From positions 31,868,001 through 31,932,000 of the forward strand of contig NC_058383.1 in NCBI RefSeq assembly GCF_018350175.1: 64,000 bases of DNA. Reading direction: 5' to 3'. How positions within the stretch are numbered: position 1 is the stretch's first letter; every line of letters starts with the position of its first letter. The position numbers and the translations under genes were made by a program. Source of the DNA: Felis catus. Lineage: Eukaryota. Shown here one piece after another: positions 1-14,182 of this stretch. The notes under the pieces were generated by a model. That model was given only the letters and a program-made list of their open reading frames with translations. It did not search any database and was not told where the DNA came from.

Positions 1-380
1 GAGAGACCCCTACTGTCAACTACAGACTTTAGTTAGTAATATCATTGTGGGTCATCAAAGAGTCGCATGTGCTACTGACGGAGCCAGCTAGGAACCCCCA
101 AAACAGTCCATTTTTTAAAAGATACAGAATATAATTTATTAGTGGTAGATGATCCATAGTCCAACAAAACTCTACAGCAACGTACGGATATCATGTGACT
201 CCCTTGATATTTACAATCTCAGAAAAATAAGGCATGGTAAGTAGCAGAGAGCAGAAACCCACACTGAATTTGATCGTGAGAAAGTCATTCCATCCAGAAA
301 ACGTAAGAACTCTAAAATCATCATGCTGTGCACCTTACACTTCTACAATGCTGTATGTCAATTATATCTCAATAAAACTG
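1..380 (+). mobile_element. Degenerate L1 (L1M-type) 3'-end fragments
   Basis: Resembles remembered L1MC/L1MA 3' termini (e.g. ...caatgctgtatgtcaattatatctcaataaaactg at about 346-380); boundaries approximate. Confidence 0.5.
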
Positions 381-1190
381 AGAATGGAGGGGGGGGGCGG
401 GGGAAGCTTCCACACCAGAAGGTCGCTCCCTTACGGTGTCTCACTAAAAGTTATGATGCAGAAGTTTAGTTAATGCCTAAAAGTCATTCTCAATCTTGAT
501 TTTAGTTTCAACAAGAAACTTTGCGAGTGTTTCAACATCTCCAAGTGAGGAAGAATGACAGGTGTTACCATCCGTATCTCCAAGGAATGTACCTTACATG
601 GTTCAGAGACAAGAACCGTCTACTGTCTCTGAGAGGCTGCTGGTGTCCACAGCAGGAAAACGCTGTCTGACTTGCAAACTGGATATGGAAGTTGTCGATG
701 GGAGAAGAGGCGGGCCAAGAGGTCATTCCCATTTCCGGAAGTCTGTTTCCCTGCCCACAGCCACAATTAAATCACCACCGGCAAGGAGTGACATTCAGAT
801 TCTGCATCGTAAAAACAGGGTCACAGCAGCAACAGAAAAAGTTATCAGCGCTCGTAAAATGTGGAAAATGTAACATGAGATTTCTGCGGGCTTTAAAGGG
901 AATTAGCACACGCAAACCAAAAGGGAACAAAAGCAAAAAAAACAAAAACAGAGCACACATCTGCTTTTAATCTGCAAACAGTCGTCAAAGCAAGGAGCAC
1001 GAGGGCCGAGTTAAGTGGAGTGTCCCAGCGTTTAGAAATCCTACCTCCGGAGTCCTTGGTCAACCGAAGCTAAGCTCTTTGAGAAACTTTTAAGAAACAG
1101 ACATAGGACGGTACCCGTGAAATCCACATGGTGTCGGAACTTAAATTGTTTCAGGATTTCTGCTGTTTTTAGCAGTGGTTCCAATGTCAT

Positions 1191-1367
<177 letters not shown>

Positions 1368-2905
1368 TTACACTGATAAAAAAACAAACGCAAAACGCAA
1401 AACGGAGACCCCGTCCTTCAGAGAGCTTAATTTTATCAGAAAAGCAAATTAGAGACAAAAAAGGTGGGGGGGGAGAGTAGAAATCAAAATGCCAAGGCAG
1501 TCAGTGATCCATCGATCTAATATACACATAGACAATAGATGTATATCTATTTACATATATATACATACATAGACAGTAAGTTCAACATTTAACGTGGACG
1601 ATGACACCTGTATCTTCTTTGGCTCCTGGGTTAAAAATGTTGTAACAAAATTCAAGCGAGCTACCATCACGCGCAAAAACAAGTACGCCCAAAGGATGGA
1701 AGAGACTCCCATCCCAGGATGTTCTGAGGCAGGGGCAACCCTCCCCTCCCCCTCCCAGCTTTTCTCTTATGTCTGTTTCTTGCCCAAACGCTACAGGGTA
1801 TGTGGCTGGTCTCCGTGCACAGGGCCAGTCCAGTCCTCTTTCTGCAAAGACACCGCCCCGACAGCCACAAAGTAAATCCAACGGTCCGATGATGCCAGAA
1901 GAGCTCAGCCGGCCGCAGTACCCTTCCGTGCCACCCTGTTGTTCCAACTGCCCAGGACCAATCCCTGCCACCGGCTGGGCACATCCCAGCAAATCAACAA
2001 GAGAGCAAATGAACAAGAGAGTGGGTCACCATCAGGACTATCTAATGACATATGAACCACAACTCTTCCCATTCCCTTGGGGGAAGTGGCTCTCCTTGAA
2101 AGCAAAACTTGGCCAGTCCGAACCACACACAACTCAATTGTGTAAAAAACCCCAAACACAGCAGGAAGGGCAGGCTCTCTGCCAGCCCCCAATGCGTGCC
2201 CCTGCGAGGCTGCTTTGATTGCAGGGCTTCTGACTTTGCAGGCAGGCCCCAGGGCTCTGGCTGAAGGAAGCCCGGCAAGCAGACGCCTGCCTCTCTGGGT
2301 TTCTACCCCTTGCACGATGGGTTTAGGTTTCTCTGAACCCACCTCCAGATGCCACCGGAGCGAGCCATGTGGGGATCCTCGGTGACAGGGGCCAGTTCTA
2401 AAACTACACTTTGCCGATACCCTCTGAATAATTCTAACGCGCTGGGAGTCACAGAACCCTCAGAAAAAGAATGACTGAAGACCCGAGGCAAGACGACCAT
2501 GCCCAAGCTGATCCCCACCAGGGGAGGTTAAGAGGAAATCTACACGAAGAAACACACAAGTGGATGAGCTCACTGGTGCGAGCCCTCTCCCTGAGTTGAG
2601 ACAATCCGGTTCGTGGTGTTCATTCTACCCACACCCCCCTCCTCTCCCCTTCCAGCGGCGTCTCTCCACGGTCTCCTTACTCCTTCGCCACCATGCCCAC
2701 CCCATTAGGCCTTCATCCTCCGCCCTGGACCCCTTCAATGGCTTCTACTCCAGACTCTCTCCAGCCACTTCCTCTTCACAACCACCCCCACCCTGCTGGT
2801 GCCAAGACTGTTTTTCTCAAACAAAGCTCCAGCCTCCACACACTTCCATTTCTTATACTTGTCACATGTCGTGAAACCTTCTGATTGTTTTCCCGTTTGA
2901 AAATG

Positions 2906-2939
<34 letters not shown>

Positions 2940-3351
2940 AAGCCCAAACATTTTCAGCTCACAGCCCTCTGAAGAGGCAGCAGCCTGTAGTTTGCTGACC
3001 CTGTGCTAGAGTAATGGTACAGCGAGGAAGGCAGAACGAGTCTGAAGGATGGGGCAAGGTCAGGTGAGGGGAGAAGGGAAAAGGAGCACTTCACAGTAAC
3101 AATAATCCCAGTAGTCAGGCCTACTGGTTCTCAGGAGTGTGGCCCCAAGGCCATCCATATCGGCAACACCTGGGAGCTAGCTAGAAGTGCAAATTCTCAG
3201 TCGCGGGGGCGGGGGGGGGGGGGGGGGGGGTTCTGTCGGTTAAGGTTAAGCATCTGACTCAGGCTCAGGTCCGAATCTGTTCTGAGTTCGAGCCCCGCCT
3301 CAGGCTCTGTGCTGACAGCCCAGGGCCTGGAGTCCGCTTCGGATTCTGTGT

Positions 3352-3482
3352 NNNNNNNNNNNNNNNNNNNNNNNNNNNNNNNNNNNNNNNNNNNNNNNNN
3401 NNNNNNNNNNNNNNNNNNNNNNNNNNNNNNNNNNNNNNNNNNNNNNNNNNNNNNNNNNNNNNNNNNNNNNNNNNNNNNNNNN
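3352..3482. other. Assembly gap (N run) interrupting a SINE in the RMI2 intron
   Basis: 131 N. Confidence 1.
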
Positions 3483-3759
3483 CGGAGGGTGGAGGCCAGA
3501 TATGAGTCCGAACAAGCCTTCGGGGTGTGTTTGAGCTGATTTAAGAGGCAAACATTAAAGAACTACAACCTAAGGCAGTTCCGCGAAGGAGGCGCAGCAG
3601 AAAGCTCTCCAAGAGTCTAGACTTTAAGGGATGAACAGAGGCTGCCTGGTACAGGGTTTTCCAAAACCTGATGGGGGAGAAAAATCACCTGTGGGCAAGG
3701 GCCTTGTTACAAACACTGACGCCGGGGGTCCCTCCACCGCAGATTCCGACTAGGGGAGT

Positions 3760-4400
3760 CCCTGGATCCGAGCGTCTACGTGGGGTGCGGGCGAAGGTTA
3801 CCAGCAGGTCAGCTTGACTGCGGGGGTGGGGGGAGGGGGGCGGGGCGGGGGACCGGCCAGGCCCCGCCCCCAGCGGCCCACCACCGGGACCCGCCCCGCG
3901 TTCCAGTCTTGCGGTTACCTGGGGCCAGGCAGGGCCGCCCGCGCGGGACCCGCTCTAGGCCGCGCACCACGAAGGCCCCGCTCGGGTCCCGCAGCCGCGC
4001 CTCGCCGCCGCCCGCCGCCAGCACCGAGCCCTGCATCCACACGGTCACCAGCTCCAGCGGCTCGCGGCCCGCCGCCGCCCGCGACAGCCGCCACGCGCCC
4101 GGGCCGCCCTCCGCGTCGCGCCGCAGCTGCTCGGCCAGCACCTTGAGCGGCGGCGACCGCGGCAGCCGCACAGCCGCTGGGCCGCCGCGGGCGAAGGAGT
4201 CCGCTGCCCCCACAGCCGCCGCCGCCGCCGCCATGCTTCCCCACCTCCGCTTTCCCGCCAACTTTGATAGGCAGCGGGGCCGGGGCCGTGGCCACCAATC
4301 AGGGGGTGTTCTGGCGGAACGGAGCAATCCTCGGCGTCGGGAGGCGGGGCTTCCCAGCCCGGCGGCCTCCACCGGTCTCCAGGAGTGCGCATGCGTACGT
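3760..4400 (-). promoter_or_regulatory. RMI2: RMI2 CpG island/promoter with E2F (TTTCCCGC 4251-4258), CCAAT (4295-4299) and NRF1-like (TGCGCATGCG 4386-4395) motifs
   Basis: CpG-dense; the motifs are read directly upstream of the ATG at 4234 and are typical of a cell-cycle/DNA-repair gene promoter. Confidence 0.75.
3919..4234 (-). CDS. RMI2: RecQ-mediated genome instability protein 2, coding exon 1 (OB-fold)
   Basis: ATG at 4234: [52 protein letters not shown]...[11 protein letters not shown]|gtaacc (donor 3918). 316+149 nt = 465 nt, 154 aa. Confidence 0.96.
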
Positions 4401-6119
4401 CAAGTAAATAAACGTCCCCAAGCAGGTGGGTGGAGGGATGAAGCGAATCACAAGAGAATAAATACTTGGAGGGAGGTAAACAGCTTCTTGTTTCGACGCA
4501 TCTCAAAACTTGATGTCTATGCCTGTCACCCGAGAATGTTTTCATCTTTACATCACCTTGCGTGGTAGGATTACTCCGAAGTTAAGCAATACTAGTTAAT
4601 CCTGGAAGGAATAGTAGCATGATGAGGCCATGTTTATTGGGAGTGATAAAGAATCGAGTCACGAGAGAAGGCTGGGAAGAGGGACAGGGACAGCTGGTAA
4701 AAGTGACACTTTTATTACTATTTTCATGATATTTTAATAACAATAATTTAAAACTTAAAATACGTTGTTCGCAAAATAAATGAACATTGTAGAAAACTTG
4801 CAGAAGAAAATCTGGAATAATAAAAAAAATTGTAAAAATCACTTCGAGATATCCACTGTTAACTTTTGGGTGTATTAGCATCCATATGTTTGACCTACAA
4901 ATAATGTTTTCTGTATTTTTTCACTTAATAATGACATTTCCCCATATCAACAAATACCCTTTTGCGGCCTCGCGAATGACTTCATGATGTTTCATTTGTC
5001 AGACCACCTGTTTAACCAGTATTCTACAGTTGGACTTTAAGACCATTTCCAACTTGTCATTGTGGAAACTCACTACTGTGAGCCTACTTAGAGCTGAATC
5101 TTTGTACGCGTTTCAGATAAATTCTTAGAAATGGAATTCCTCCTTAAAAAAGGGTGGGTCCCCAGTGAGCAAAATCCACAAATCCTTAACCAGGCAAATC
5201 CTTAAAGTCAAGACTAGTCCTTAGGAGACTTTGTACTCCTAGGGCTCCTGCAGTACAGAGGGTACTGTATATTCAGCAAGAGCTCGACCTTTCTAAAGCA
5301 GTTAAGATGTACTGAGCCAGGCCCTGTCCTAAGAGCTTTGCAGGGAGAGTCCCATGGACTCCCACACCCTGTAAAGACTGTGTTCTACACAGATAAGGAA
5401 ACAGACTCATGAAAGCTATGTGACTTGCCCTTGGCCTCTCTGCTTGTAGCCTCTGTGGGATCCCGGCCTCTACACCTCCACTCTGAGCTGTAATATAACC
5501 AGGCTGCTGGGCTGAGAAGGGAGCAGGCACTTTAGCCAATAGAGAATCCAACCCTTCCCGTCTGGTGGGTCCCCAGTGCCTTCCCCTGGGCACCTGAACG
5601 CCAGGGAAGCGATGGTAAAGGGAGCTGGGGTAAAGGGAAAGGCCCCTCGGCAGCAGGCACTACACGTGCAGGGCCCAGAGAGGAGACGGCAGGAAGCAAT
5701 GGGAACACTGCCAGCATTTCAGAATGGCTGGGATACAGAGTGCAAAGGCAGGAGTGGGCATAAACGAGGCTGTACCCACATAACCTCATTCCTTACGGTC
5801 GTTTCTCAGGAGACAAAAAGGAGGTTCAGGCCAATGACAGGCCTGTGAGGGGGAGAGCCAGGATTCAAATCCAAGTCCATCCAATCCCAAACTTCATGCT
5901 CTTGAACCACTCGTGTCATCTCACTGTCCTTCCTGGTGCCCACCCCGCATCAAAGATGCCTCGTCACCTTTGCTTGTGCTGTCCTTGGCCTGACGTGCGT
6001 TCCCCCGAACTCTCCCAGTTGAAACCTGGCCCAGTCACCAAGTGCCTGCCCCCACCAAACCACTTTTATTCCGGGAGACGTTGTTGAGCTAATTTTTCAA
6101 GTCAGTTTCTCCCTTCAAG

Positions 6120-6315
6120 ATCCGTTTGCGATCGGAATCTGGGGTGTCTTTTGACATTTGGGGCTGGGTAAGTGTGTATTGTGGAGGCTGTCCTATGTGC
6201 ACTGTAGGACGTGGGGCAGCATCCCTGGCCTCCAGCCACTAGATCCCAGTATGCCCTCCTATAGTTGTGACAACTGGAAATGGTTTCGGACATTGTCGAT
6301 GCCCGCCCCTGCCCA
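6120..6315. mobile_element. MER20-like hAT DNA transposon fossil
   Basis: ctgtcctatgtgcactgtaggacgt...agcatccctggcctc...actagat...gttgtgacaac matches the remembered MER20 core. Confidence 0.7.
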
Positions 6316-7579
6316 CCCCCCAGAAGAGCGACTTCCTCGAATCTACACGATTCACCGCACTATGTCTTGACTCGGAAGTACTTGAATCTGTGTCCATCTC
6401 AGCAGCTCTGCCAGGGACCCAAGCACAGGTGCCAGCAGTGGCCAGGCAGGGAACCTGCTAGAGCAGTGAAAACCTGGCCTCCGTGTGGCCCAATAAATGG
6501 GCTGATCAAACTCAGCCCGTGGCTGCCACGCAGGAATGTGGGCCCACTGTTGCCAGATGTGATTTCTCAAGACATCGTAACGTATGATCGCCACATTAAA
6601 AAAAAAAAAAAAAAATGTCGACAATGTATTCAGTGCTTAACAAATAAAAGCTGTCTGTGGTGGACTCTGGTCCGGGGGCAGCCAGTCTGCAAACTTGGCC
6701 TCTGCAATGCAAGCGTTTCTCCTTAGTACCCAGGTGGCTGGCGTGGTAACTGATGGGCAGGCAGCCCCTTGGAACCTCCTGAAAAAGATCTAAGGCGCTG
6801 CTGCATTTTGCCAGCTTCCGGGGTTGCAAAAGCCATGTCTGAAAGCACCATCGTGAGCAGGCCGACGGGTCTGGTAACACACACTGGGTGAGCCTGCCCT
6901 CCATGGAAGATTATCTCCCTCCCTACCCGTCACCCTCTCACCCTGGGCCTTGAGCAATCCCCTGTGCCTTTAGCAAATAAAGCAAGATCAAAGACCCTTG
7001 GAAGGGAATTTCCTGCCACCTAAGGACAAAGGTAAGACAAGGGGAATTCTAGGCCTTGACCTCGCATTCAGCCTACCCATTCACCAGTTCTCAGGCAGAT
7101 CGGGCTAAAATGCTTCTCGTTGCCAGGAACAAAGACCGAACCCTCCCGCCCCCAGAAAAGAAGTTTATTCTGGAAGGATGTCCACGCAGTAACATCTTCA
7201 AAACAGCCATAGTTGTTGTTAGCTGAGCGTTTCCCATGTGCTAAGCACCATGCCAGGTACTTCAGGGGCAGAGTCTCAGCGAGGGAGTCGCCTCACGACA
7301 GCGCTAAGAAGTAAGTGCGTTTCTTAAGTCCGTTTTACAGATGAAGAAACTGAGGCTTGGAGAGGTGATGTGACCTCCCCCACCTCCACCCCAAAGACCA
7401 CACAGCTAGTAAGAGGTGCAGCCCTCTCAGGTGCCTTAATAATCAGGTCCCCAGATGAGGGAGACTTTTACCCACTATCCTGGGTCATCCGGGGAGCAAT
7501 TCCCTGGGGGATTAAAAACAAACAAACAAACAAACAAACAAACCAAAAATGAAAAAACAGTTCTATCAAACAAATCTTG

Positions 7580-7800
7580 GGGGCGCCTGGGTGGCTCAAT
7601 CGGTTAAGCATGCAACTTCAGCTCAGGTCATGATCTCACAGTTCGTGAATTTGCGCCCCGTGTCCGCCTCTGTGTGGACAGCTCAGAGCTTGGAGCCTGC
7701 TTCGGATTCTGTGTCCTCTCTCTCTGCCCATCCTCCACGCTCTCTCTCTCTCTCTTTCTCTCTCTCAAAAATAAAACCATTAAAAACTACAAAAAGCTTT
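7580..7800 (+). mobile_element. Felid CAN-SINE (SINEC)
   Basis: tRNA-derived head ggggcgcctgggtggctca..., (CT)n, A-rich tail; TSD-like aaatcttg on both sides. Confidence 0.9.
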
Positions 7801-9559
7801 TAAAAACCCAAATCTTGTAGTTAATGAGATGCACGCCAAAGGAAGCAGGTGAGGGGGGCAGTATCTAGATGTCTCCAGCTTACTGTGAAACGTAACAAAG
7901 GGGAAGGCGGTTTGCGGGGCAGGTAGAGGGGAGGACAGGTGGACAGACACGCAGTAAGGTGAGTAAACTCCAGAAGTTCTGGTGCTGGGCCAGCCCTGCA
8001 GAAGGGTCCTACCGGGGGGGGGGGGGGGGGGGGCAGGGGACTGGGCCTTTGTGCTCCGTACTGACCAGTCGCCGGAGGCGGGGGTGTAACTGAGGGCCAT
8101 TCCCACAGAGGGACTCGGCTGGCCACCAGCAGTTGCCGGTTCTGCCAGCCTCTGGGGAGTGAGCCCTTCAGTGCAGAGGGCAGGCCTGACCCCTCCCGCC
8201 TGCCCAGTCCAGCTCAGCTGCCTTCAGTTCCCACCGACAAGCATGTATCCATTCAACAAGCAAGAAACAGGCACCCCCTGCATGGCAGGCTCCGTGCTGC
8301 CCCTGGGGCTGTCGGGACTTACAAGGAAGACCCGACCCCTGCCCCAAAGGGGCGAATCAACTAGGAGGACAGACCTAGAAAGAGACACCACTAGATGTCC
8401 TCTCCCCCTCACTTCCTCCACTGCAACCCCGCTTGCCTCCCTTGGACACACCAGGCACCCTCCCACGGCAGGACCTTTGCAGGTACCATAGTCTGTGAAG
8501 TTGGGAAATTCGAAATTCATTGTGTATTTGACACTAACAGCCCATCATGGCACACTAGCCACAGTTCAAGGACTCAGTCGCCTCATGTGGCTAGTGGTGA
8601 CCATGTTAGAGCAGCTCTGAGCAGTGGAGGGTGGGGCCCCCTTAGCTGCTGGCTGCAGCTAAGGTCCTGGGTGCAAGGGACCCACATTTTCCTTGACTTT
8701 TCAAGAAATCCCAAACCACTGAGAAGGAGATCTATGCTGTCTCTGGCAGATCCGTGAATGCCCCGAAGTCTGTCTGTAATCCTGCCAGCTTCCTGTCATT
8801 AATTCCTTCCTTAAGAAAGTTAGCTCTCGGGGCGCCTGACTGGCTCCGTTAGTGGAGCATGCGACTCTCAATACAACCTTAAATTTAGAAAAAAAGAAAA
8901 CAAAGTTAGCTTTTATCAAGCACTTACCGTGTGCCTGGCGCTATTACAAGCCTTTGCACACTTTGTCTCATTTAAGCCTCTTGATGGCCCTATAGGGTGG
9001 ATGGACAAAATCATTGTGCCCGTCTTAGAGATCAGAGAGGTCAAAGAAGGCACTGGGGAATCAGGAGCCCTGAGTCGAGGTCTTTCTCTACCACTGCCTG
9101 GCTGGGTGGCCTTGGGCAAGACTGACCTCTGAGCTTCAGCTTCCCTTTCTGTGGAATTTAGGGGCTGGGTCATCCTAACTCACGGCTTCCCTGCATATAC
9201 AGGACCTCTGTCTGCAGCCAGACTTGATAACGAATTCCCCAGGACTTCAACCTCTGGCCCCTGCAAGGAAATCCTCTGATCCCCAAGGAAATCCTCACCT
9301 GTCATGCCAATCCTGGCTGGTGAGCCCCTCACTGTGGGCAAAAACACAGCCAAAGACATAGATGAACCGCCTCCCCCCAAAAAATAAAGAGTGAGAGGCA
9401 ACAATTATCGAGCCCGGACTCCGCCTTAACGTACATCGTCTCCTTTCATCCCCACAATAATCCATGAGGTAGGTACTGTGGGTGTATCCATTTTACCCAT
9501 GCAGAAGACCGAGACCCAAAGAGGTTTAACTCACCCAGGAGCAGGATCACGTATGCTCG

Positions 9560-10295
9560 CCATACCTAACCCAGCATTCCCACCCCCGGGTTCCTACCCT
9601 ACGGAAATGAAAACTTAGGTCCACGCCGAAAGCACGGATGTTTGCAGCAGCTCGTTTGTGTTTGCCCCAGACAGAGACAGGTCAGATGTCATTCAGCAGG
9701 TGAACGGAGAAACAAACTGGTACATCCACACGCTGAAATACCACTCCGCGAGAAAAAGGAATAGACAGTGGGTAGATACGGAAAGTTGGATAAATCTCAA
9801 AAACATTCTATTGGGTACAAAAGAAAGCAGACCCAGGGGCGCCTGGGGGGGCTCGGTCGGTTAAGCGTCCAACTTCAGCTCAGGTCATGACCTCACGGTT
9901 CGGGGGTTCGAGCCCCGCGTCGGGCTCTGTGCTGACAGCTTGGAGCCTGCTTCGCATTCTGCGTCTCCCTCTCTCTCTTCCCCTCCCCCACTCACACTGT
10001 CTCTCTCTGTTTTGAAAATAAACATTAAAAAAAAAAAAAAAAAAGAAAGCAGACCCAAAAGTTCTCATCCTGTGGGATTCCACTTATATGACATTCTGGA
10101 ATATTCTGGAATGGCTAAAACTAGGGGGACAGAAAACAGATCAGTGGTTGCCAGGGGCTGGGGGAGGCAGAGAGGACTGAATGGAAAAGGGGCTGCAGGA
10201 GGGCACCTTTTGGGGTGATGGAATTATTTTGTGTCCTGGGTGTGGTGGTGGTCATTACACAAATATCTACCTGTGTTACAACTCATAGAACTGTA
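9560..10295 (+). mobile_element. Old L1 (L1ME/MB-like) 3' fragment interrupted by a SINEC at about 9836-10044
   Basis: Typical L1 3' motifs (ccagcattcccac, aaactggtacatccac, acagatcagtggttgccaggggctggggg). The SINE is flanked by TSD aaaagaaagcagaccca. Confidence 0.75.
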
Positions 10296-10624
10296 TGCTC
10301 ACACACACACACACACACACACCCAGAACAGAAGCCCAGCCCCAGGCTAAGGTGGCTCCAGGCCTGCCTGTGGTGATGGTTCCGGCCCAGCCAGGAAACA
10401 CCATTGCCTCTTTCCCTCTTTGGCGGACTCAGCCCAGGGACGAAGCAAGTTCAACCACGTAGAAGTTAATGCTTATAGAGTCTGGGGTTGGGAGAGGGGA
10501 GGGGGAGGAAGGAGTGGGGAGTGACTGCTAAACAGGTACATGGCTCCTTTTGGGCTCATGAGAATGTTCTGGAAATAGGTTGAGACACTGGTTGTACACT
10601 TGTGAATGTGCCGAACGCCACTCT

Positions 10625-10685
10625 GGGTTTTGGTTTTTTATTTGAGAGAGAAAGAGTGTGAGTGGGGGTGAGGGACAGAGAGAGA

Positions 10686-10735
<50 letters not shown>

Positions 10736-10860
10736 CTCAAGCAGGCTCCGTGCTCAGCTCGGAGCCCAACGCGGGGCTCGATCCCACGACCCTGGGATCA
10801 TGACCTGAGCCGAAATCAGGAGTTGGCTGCTCAACCAACTCAGCCAACCCAGGTGCCCCT
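10625..10860 (-). mobile_element. Felid CAN-SINE with long (GA)n
   Basis: Reverse-oriented SINE head ending ...caggtgcccc; (GA)n tract at about 10680-10732. Confidence 0.85.
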
Positions 10861-13800
10861 GAATCGTACGTTTTGAAATGGCTGATTTTAGATGATATAA
10901 ATTTCACCTTTATTTTTAAACAGGGGGAAAAAAAAGAAAAAAAGCTCAAACCAGAAAACAAAAACCTATCCAGGCGTAACCATGCCCTACCTCTACCCTC
11001 AAGAACCAGGTTTCAGAGGAAGTCCAGGGACTCACCCAAAGCCGCACAGCCAGTCTGAGGCTGCCCCTGAATCAGTAGCTTTCAAAGCCTGAATCCTTTC
11101 CCCTGGACCTATGTGATAAGATGGGTTAAATATTACCCCCCAAAAAAGTGACTTTTTACCATCTGGAAGCCCGGGCTGGCTGTTTCTCTTTTGCCACGGA
11201 TGACCTCGGATCAGTGTAGGTGGGGCTTGGAAAAACATTTTCCAAACCAAAAATGGGGACAGAAGCCAGTCCAGGGTTCCTTCTCCCCTGAGTAGTGTGA
11301 CCTGATTTATGTGAACATTCGCCCAGATGTTTAAAGAAACACCCAGGCCAAGATATACTCGTAACAGACCCCCTTTCCCCAAATGATCACAGTTCTGTGA
11401 AAGTGGAACTGTTTTAGACCGTCAAGAGCGGGCTCCACACGCACGCTTGTACAGAAAGAAAAAACCTTCTGAGCCAAGGGGTGAATAGGCACGCCTTATC
11501 TCATTGGGCGGGAAGGAAAAGTGGGGCACTAGGGATGTCCTAGTCGCCCCCCAAGGGCAGCAAGTGCTTGGGTTTAGGCTGAGGGCAGAGGGATGGACAG
11601 GATCACCTCCCCTCCCTCCCCCCTGCAGCCCACCAAAGCCTCAAAGCAGTGTCTCCAAACCCGAATGCCTCAACCGTCAGAAAGGGGTAGTTTCCCAACA
11701 GTGCCGGGACTGTGGTTTTGTGGGGGGCCGTGACCCTCATTATAGGTTCACCGAGGCATACGGCCGGGTGCTCACCTCTGAGGGACTCAGACTTCAGCCT
11801 TGCAAAACAGCGACACTCCTGAGCGAGCCCAGCTGGAAACAAAGGAAGTATGAGTCAACCCTGACAGGTTCTTAAAAACGGCTGCATTTAGGTGCTGCAG
11901 GCGGGCCAGAGACGGGTCTGTGTGAGCCTGGGCTGGGAGCCAGGTGCCAACACCCCCCACCTCCCAGCCATCCTCGGGGACCTGTGGGCAGCGGGCTAGC
12001 TAGAGGAGGCCAGGTAGCACCAGCCGGGGAACTGGTGGGGAGACACTTCCACCCAGGCACCTGCTGCAGGGGAGTGGGCTTGGGGAGCGGGAGGGAGCCA
12101 GGCTCCAGGAGGGACGGCCCGGGGAGCCCTTGGACAAGGGGAGAAGGACCCCGGTTGCGTGCGAGCACAACCTCTGAGCCGTACTGCCGACCGGCCAAAG
12201 AGACGTGATGTGGCCCCATTTCACAGAGGAAGACCGAGTCTGATCCCTTTAGTCATTTCTTCTTTCGACAAGCCTTCGCCCAATGCCTGCTACGTGCCAG
12301 ATGCCGGAATGTGGTAGCGAACGAAACAGACAAGGACTGTGATTTTATGAAGTCTGCAGTTAGGTGAGAGGTGAGGAGGAGGAAGGAGAGACCGGCTTCT
12401 GGTGATGGGCGTGCACGTGAAGGAGCTCAACCAGGAGCAGGGAGGGAAGACCTTTACCCGGAAAGGCTCTGCCCACCGCCAATGCTTAGTTTGAGACCCG
12501 AATGATGAGTGATCCAGGGAAGGGCACTGCAGGCAGACGGGGCAGCAGATGCAAAGGCCCTGAGGTGGGAATGACTTTCTGAGGGCCAGACAGCCCAGGG
12601 TTGTGTGCAGTGAGTGAGGGGGTAACAGGCAGGGGTGGGGGGACTGTCAAGAGGGGTGCACGGCGGGGGGGGGGCCTGATCGGGGAGAGACTCACGTTTT
12701 GTTCTAAATGCAGCAGGGCTTGTCTAGGGTTGGGGGGGCGGCGTGGAGACAGGCGTGCTCTGATTATCATTTTTGTAGCTGCTCCTGGCTGCAGTGTGGA
12801 AAACGGACCTTGGGGACAGGGAGGCGGGGACAGCCAGGAGGCTGTCACTGCAGTGACTGGGGGTGTCTGACGCTTAGAGCAAGGAGGCATCGGAGAGGTG
12901 AAGAGAAGTGGCTGGTCTCAGCACCCCCCCCCAAGCCCCCCAACCATGGCCTGATAAGGGGTAACAAAGAAAGGAGTCAAGGATAACACCCTGCTTGGGG
13001 GGCTTGAGCATCTGGGCTCAGGCAGGTGCCCCTGACTGAGACACAGACGGTTGGAGCAAGGTCCCCCGGCAGGAACTGACTATCCCCCCTTCTCCCTGTA
13101 ACCCCCAGCACCCCCAAAGAGAAGCCCAGAGTGCCCTGCCTTCCCGCCTCTCCTGGCCTCCTCCTGTCTATCCTCACCTCAGGCTACTCCCCACGCAAAG
13201 AGCCCTTCCCACTCTGTCCCCTGACGTAGCATCTCTGTCCCACCTCCACGTCTCCGCCGCTCGGGCCCTCCTGCCAGAGGGCCCTTTCTCCCTTGGGCTG
13301 AGAGGGAGCCCCCCCCGTCCCCTGCACCCCCCCCCCCACCCCGTGTTAGGACACCTCTGATGGGCTGGGGAGGGCAGCGGCTCTAAAGGCACGGCCTACT
13401 GGATTTGAATTCCACCTTGACCACCTCCTAGCACGTGCTCCTCAGCAAGTTCCTTGACAGGACTGCATCTCTACATCTGCACCGTGGGGTTGAAAACACA
13501 GGTCGCTACCACAGTGGGGCAGGTGCAGGTTTAAAGAAGGAGCACTCACTCCTTTGGCTCCTGGACCGTGAGAAGCGTCGCCAAGGGCCGGATGGTGTTT
13601 TCCCTGACGCAGGGAAGCAACCACTCGTGGGTATTTCTGCGATCGGACCCCCATGCTAATTTGGGGAAGCATGTACGGGGGTACGAAGAGGCCGGCACCC
13701 GCCAGGAGGACCATTTCATGTGAGTCTTCAAAGGGTCACCCGACGGATGCACGAATGGCTGCGTGAATGCACCCCACACCCCTGCACAGAGGATGTCCTC

Positions 13801-14182
13801 TCCTGCTTTTCCAGGAGGGGAAACTGAGGCCTGGGCCCACACAGCTGGATACGCTATGCGTGGGGGCGGGCTCCTTCGCGAGTCTTTCTCTGGCCAGCGG
13901 GGACCCCGAGACGGGTCCCCAAGAACCCTGGGTAGGGCACGCCTTCCCTGCGGCCCCTGCACTCGGTTTCACGCCACAGCTGCCACCGGGGCCAGATGTC
14001 CTGCCCTCATTTACATCCCTTCTACACCCTGCAGCCAGAGGAGCGAGAAGGGGAAGCCACAGGTCGGACCCAGCCCAGGTCACAGTGCCTGCTGCCTTGG
14101 CCATACAGAGTCTGCTGGAAACCAGACCATGGGGTTTACAGGAATCAGGGCCTCTGAGCAGCACCAAATGTGAAAGCAAAAC

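Noticed and set aside
2908-2937. Long A run as a possible retrocopy tail
   Set aside because: No recognisable processed-pseudogene ORF or TSD upstream; it sits among old repeat fragments in the RMI2 intron.
3203-3230. Long G homopolymers (also about 8014-8033 and 23710-23724) as G4 elements
   Set aside because: Homopolymer lengths are unreliable in a gapped assembly, and this one lies in a SINE head next to an N gap.
3780-4568. 262-aa antisense ORF and 187-aa extended ORF at RMI2
   Set aside because: CpG-island shadow ORF. The 187-aa call starts at a GTG in the promoter and reads through the splice donor; the real CDS starts at ATG 4234.
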